A DNA stretch of 64,000 nucleotides. Source: Selaginella moellendorffii (Eukaryota; Plantae; Lycopodiophyta). Below are positions 59,798 through 64,000 of the stretch, one piece after another. The translations under genes were made by a program, and so were the position numbers. Below the pieces are notes generated by a model. The model was not told the origin of the DNA. It made no database searches and was given only the letters and a program-made list of their open reading frames with translations. Every line of letters begins with the position of its first letter. The first letter of the stretch is position 1. The stretch spans positions 271,438 through 335,437 of the forward strand of contig NW_003314347.1 in NCBI RefSeq assembly GCF_000143415.4, given 5' to 3'.

Positions 59798-61619
59798 GAT
59801 AGCATCTTTAACATTCAATAAGGCTACTTTTGAGAAGGAAAAAGGGTGAAAATTCAAAATAGAAAGGCTCTTAAAATATTAAATGTTTTTATGCTATTGC
59901 CTTTTATTTGTTAGAGTTTTTTGCAACCTTATATACACCCAAGCCTTCCTTATTCATAAAAGCTATAGGTAATCCCAATACAAGCCATTGGAAGTGAGCA
60001 ATGGACCAAGAAATTAAATCTATCACTCATATGCATACTTTTGATGAAATGGTTCTTCTAGTTAGAGCTATAGTTTTTGGTAGTCAATAAGTTTACAAGA
60101 CGAAACTCAACCCTAACAGTTCTATCAATTGTCATAAAGCTTGACTTTTTGCACAAGGCTACAAATAACAATATGGTATGGATTATCTTGAGATATACTT
60201 TCTAGTAGTAAAGATGACAAGTGTTCAAATTTTGCTTGCTTTTATCACTTACTTTGATCTTGAGATTTTAACATCAAAACTGTTTTCTTAAATGGAGGAC
60301 CTTGGAGAAGTTCAATATTTTCTTGGTCTTGAAATTCACTATGACAGGAAAATAAAATCCCTTCATATCTCTCAATAATAATATTTGATAAAAGTTCTTG
60401 AGAGTTATGGATACATTAATTGCAATCCTTTTTATTTGCCCATAAAGCTTTATAACATTAAATTCTTAACAAAAGCTAAGTGTCCTTCTAACAAGGAAGA
60501 GTGTTAAGCTTTGGCAAATGTATCATTTCGAAATTTGCTTGGGAGATTGATGTACACTATGGTGTATAACTATTTAGATTTGGCTTATGTTATCATTGCT
60601 CTTAGCCAATTTTTTTCTAATCTTAGCAAGAAACATTGGGACATGGCTAAATCTATAATGCACCATGTAAAATAAACTCTTGCTTTTTGAGTGTTTTATG
60701 GCTCACATGGTGGCTTTTCTCTTGTTGCTTGCAATGATAGTAGCTTATCAAATGATAAAAATAGCCATAAATTCACAACATGGTTTTGCTTTTAACTTGG
60801 AATAAACCTTGTTCTTTAGGCCAAAAAGAAGCAAGCTTACATTGTTCTTTCCTTCACAAAAGCAAAATATTTTTTTGCCTCAATTTCTTCTAGGGAAATT
60901 CTTTCGTTTCAAGAATTTTTTGGAGCTCTTGAGCAATCCTCCATATTAATTACTCTTTATGTTGGCAACAAAGGAGCTATTGATTGGTGCAATAGTGAAG
61001 TGCAATATTAGAAGTCTTAACATGTTACCAAGCATTATCACTATGTCAGGGAGGTTTACTAATGGTTTAGCATGTTTCTTTTTGATAACAACTTATAAAA
61101 CCTTTGGCTAAAATTTTATTTATAGAACATAGGAATTCCATTATGGGCATAGCAACAATAATCACACCCTTGGCTTTAGAAGGAGTGTCAGAGCCAAAAT
61201 CTAAGGTGTGATAGGCACCTTGAATCATGGAGATCAAAAGCCACATTCAATGGCAAATTTCAAGAGAAATTCCTGGATATAATAATATATAGCTAATGTT
61301 TCTTTCTTCTTTCTATAAATAGTTGTTTCCAATTTCCTTCTGAAAGATCCTGTTCATTCTTTGCTCTCATTCTAGCTCTTTGTCACACCATTGATGCTAA
61401 TGGTGGTGTGCCACTGCCGCCTTCTTTCTCCCTACTCAAGAGAGACAATGCATCTATAATGAATAAATTAGGTGAGTGGAATGTTTCTGATCTGCTCTAT
61501 AAATACCAGCATTCAAAATACCATTGAGAGAGACATTCTTCTAAGTAATTTTGGTCACAATCACCTCTAGCCCATAGGACCAGCTTTGCCACCTTTGCGA
61601 GCTCTGACATGCACTCCTT

Positions 61620-61725
61620 GTGCTGCAGAGCTGCCGCATTTGCCATACATGTCCACAAGGAGATTAGGCTTGTCCAGCGTACCTGAATCCATCCACAGGT
61701 GGATCTTCCAGTGCCTTGGCTCCGT
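61620..61725 (-). pseudogene. PPR gene fragment
   Basis: KIHLWMDSG..NLLVDMYGKCGS, a typical PLS-PPR motif. Confidence 0.55.
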
Positions 61726-62042
61726 GAGCTACTCTAGAACAAGCTGTTGTAGAGCAGGCTTTGGCCACATGAGATGCTGTAGGCTGTCAATCCCTCCAGG
61801 AGAGGTCCCCTTGACGTGGTTGGGAGGAACCGGCTCGGCCATTGGGAAGAGAGGCAGTGCCAAGTTGGTGAACGTCTTGCCTTGGAAAACCTTGTTCCAT
61901 CATCGCGATGGCTGGAATGATCTTCCCGGCTTGTCCACATCGGGGATCTCATACACTCGCATGTCTGAGAGCCCTGCTATCAGCCCTGTAAAAAAAACGA
62001 AAGAGAAAATTCTCACCTTCTCCCGTTGGCAGTGACTTAAAT

Positions 62043-62445
62043 CAGATGTCGGCAGCATTGTCCAAGCTAGAAGCAGTCAGGTTGGTGGCCTTCTCATCAG
62101 TGATAATCTTCACCCCTTGCTTGGGTTTGAACTCTGGGAGCTTGATCTTGTGCTTCGGGTTGAGCACACCCACACGGGCCTACAGATGCTACGGTATTTC
62201 AGCCCTGATGCTACGAAAGATAGAAGCTTGTGGTTGAGTCCCCTGGGAAAGCTGCTTGACTCTGTTCACAAAGTAGTCCTCAAACCAGAAAAGCATGACA
62301 CAAAACAGTAAGGTGGTGTTTATAAACAAAAATAAAACTCCTTTTCCTCACCCAGACGATGCAATCCTCGAACGTTTGGCATTTCTCCATAACAAGGAGC
62401 TCAAGCATCTCTCGAGGTTGCATGTCGCTGTAAACTTTCCACACC
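62043..62445 (-). pseudogene. UBA1: Internally deleted fragment of ubiquitin-activating enzyme E1 with an intron remnant
   Basis: DMQPREMLE..EKCQTFEDCIVWVRK|..FEDYFVNRVKQL..IKLPEFKPKQGVKIITDEKATNLTASSLDNAADI. Confidence 0.78.
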
Positions 62446-62457
62446 CATGACAGCCAG

Positions 62458-63084
62458 ATTTTCTCTTCTTTGCTCATGGATTTCTTGGTTTTGCTATAGG
62501 GCATGGAAAATCCTCACCTTGTGACTCTCTTGGCTCTAGCCTCGGAGCATCTGGCCGCTCTAATGGGATGGCAAAGTGGTGGTGGCAACAACAAGTTTGG
62601 AGGAATCGAGTACAAAGTTGGGGAGTCTCTCGCTCGAGCCCAGGTTGGTGTTCGCCAGAGGTCCAATATCACTGTGGACGACTACCTTTGCTACGAGTGG
62701 CCAGCCAAGGTGCCAAAGTCGAATGCTTGGGAACAGCAGCAACAGTGCCAGGGCTTCTCACGCGGTGGTCCTCCTGTCTATTTGCAAGACTCGAAGAACA
62801 TCAAGGATGGCAGCCGGTTTCAGTATCAGCACAAGAAGTTTCCAGGTCTAGGATCTTATCTCCCAATGCTACAAGACGAGGGCTACAAGACGATGGCACC
62901 ACAGACTCCCACGATCCAGGTCGAGGTCGGCGGCTCCCCAGGCTCAGTCGTGGACTACAACCGAGTCATGGACACACTGTCCTCGGCAGCATCCGTGGAG
63001 AAGCTCTCCAGTCCCATGGCGATCAAGCAGGAAGCTCCAAGTGCTGCCAAGACGTCGTCCCCACAGGGAAAGACATCCCCCTAA
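62458..63084 (+). pseudogene. Truncated duplicate of the bHLH IVa gene (intron 1 3' end plus most of exon 2), lacking the bHLH domain
   Basis: Near-identical to ~33251-33887. ORF 62503-63084 (193 aa) stays open with in-frame indels and ends at GKTSP*. Confidence 0.92.
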
Positions 63085-63153
63085 ATTCACTATTATTGAT
63101 AGTTATAAAACTTTGTTTAAGAGTTTTATAGCTATCAATAATAGTGAATTTAG
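63081..63153. repeat. 32-bp-stem hairpin (one T-G mismatch, 9-nt loop)
   Basis: 63081-63112 is the reverse complement of 63122-63153. Confidence 0.92.
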
Positions 63154-64000
63154 ATTTAAAGTAACATATATAAAAATTAAAAATTAAATAAAGTTATTAT
63201 ATAATCTTTTTATATACAAATTTAAATACTTAAAGAAAGTATTTTCTTACATCAATATTAGTTAATGTTTCATTTGAGGGAGCTCATGCTAGGAATTTAC
63301 ATAATGTATAAAATGTTAGTGAATAAAAATCATTCATCACTGCTGTGAAATTTACTTTTACAGTTATTAAGTTATGCTCATTAACGGGGATTGGGAATCA
63401 TACATCAAGCAATCCCATTTAATTATTTTTGCTAAAACACTTAAACTAATGATAAATAGTTCATATACCCATTAAATTAGTTAGTTTAATTTATTCACAT
63501 TCACACTTAATTCATATTAATTCTCAAACCACATAGATTTTATAAATATCTAATCTTTAAATGAAAAAAATTAACATTTAAAATAATAATAAAATATTTA
63601 CTTCGATTAAAGGTTAGAACAACCATGTTAATCTCAAAACCATCTTTTAATATCATTTCTTTGGCACAAGTAACTATTTTAAATATATTTTTAATGTTTA
63701 ATACCAAAATTAAGTAATATTACATTTTTATAAATTTCCTATAGAATAAAAAACAATTGTTTGGAAAAAATATATATATATATCCATATCTATTCTAACC
63801 ACAAGAAAGTTTAATTTCATTTTGAAAATTTTGAAACCATAGTGATAAATCTCTTTATTTTCCTTTAAAATTCTCAATCAGCATAAAAAAAAATGTATTA
63901 TCTATTGTGTAATGTGATAAAGTTATAGTGAGAAACACTATATAAAAAAAGTAACCATAAATAGTTTTTAAAAAATTAAAATTTAAAAAATGTCTTTTAA

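Larger units (their letters stand above)
55553..61385 (+). mobile_element. Degenerate Ty1/Copia LTR retrotransposon
   Basis: ~200-bp LTRs at 55553-55753 and 61186-61385. PBS TGGTATCAGAGC at 55754-55765; PPT AGAAGGAG before 61186. gag (FDGSGNFSSW; CDYCNKFNHKESKC), PR (IDSGATTH), INT (LELVHTNVYG), deleted RT, RNase H remnants. Imperfect TSD CAGTA/CACCA. Confidence 0.9.

Noticed and set aside
51400-64000. Explicit Helitron call for the fragment mosaic
   Set aside because: No Rep/helicase sequence and no confidently placed 5'-TC or 3' hairpin-CTRR termini within the window.

Overview
Eukaryotic land-plant DNA. The very short ~50-60 nt GT-AG introns, tiny intergenic spaces and PLS-class PPR genes are most consistent with a lycophyte such as Selaginella (inference). 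The left half (1.5-34.6 kb) is a compact gene block: PLAT-domain protein, GT77-like transferase, purple acid phosphatase, CCCH zinc finger, LON-N protein, two PLS-PPRs, SURP/CID protein, KANADI, OB-fold protein, aldo-keto reductase, chloroplast lipocalin, PAP16-like metallophosphoesterase and a group IVa bHLH. The right half is a repeat graveyard: a chromodomain Ty3/Gypsy element nested in an older Ty3/Gypsy element, AT-rich repeats, a Ty1/Copia element with a nested non-autonomous LTR element and 162-bp LTRs, and a mosaic of captured gene fragments (RAE1, UBA1, PPR, lysozyme-like, and the neighbouring bHLH). Top finding: the integrase of the nested chromovirus (38829-46312; paired LTRs, PBS, PPT, perfect CTCTT TSD) is interrupted by two canonical spliceosomal-type introns (47 and 52 nt). 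Removing them exactly restores the conserved HPQTDGQTE and KLxxRFxGPY motifs. The element also has a highly structured 3' UTR with tandem tRNA T-arm mimics. This suggests a retrotransposon that replicates unspliced RNA but needs splicing to make integrase.
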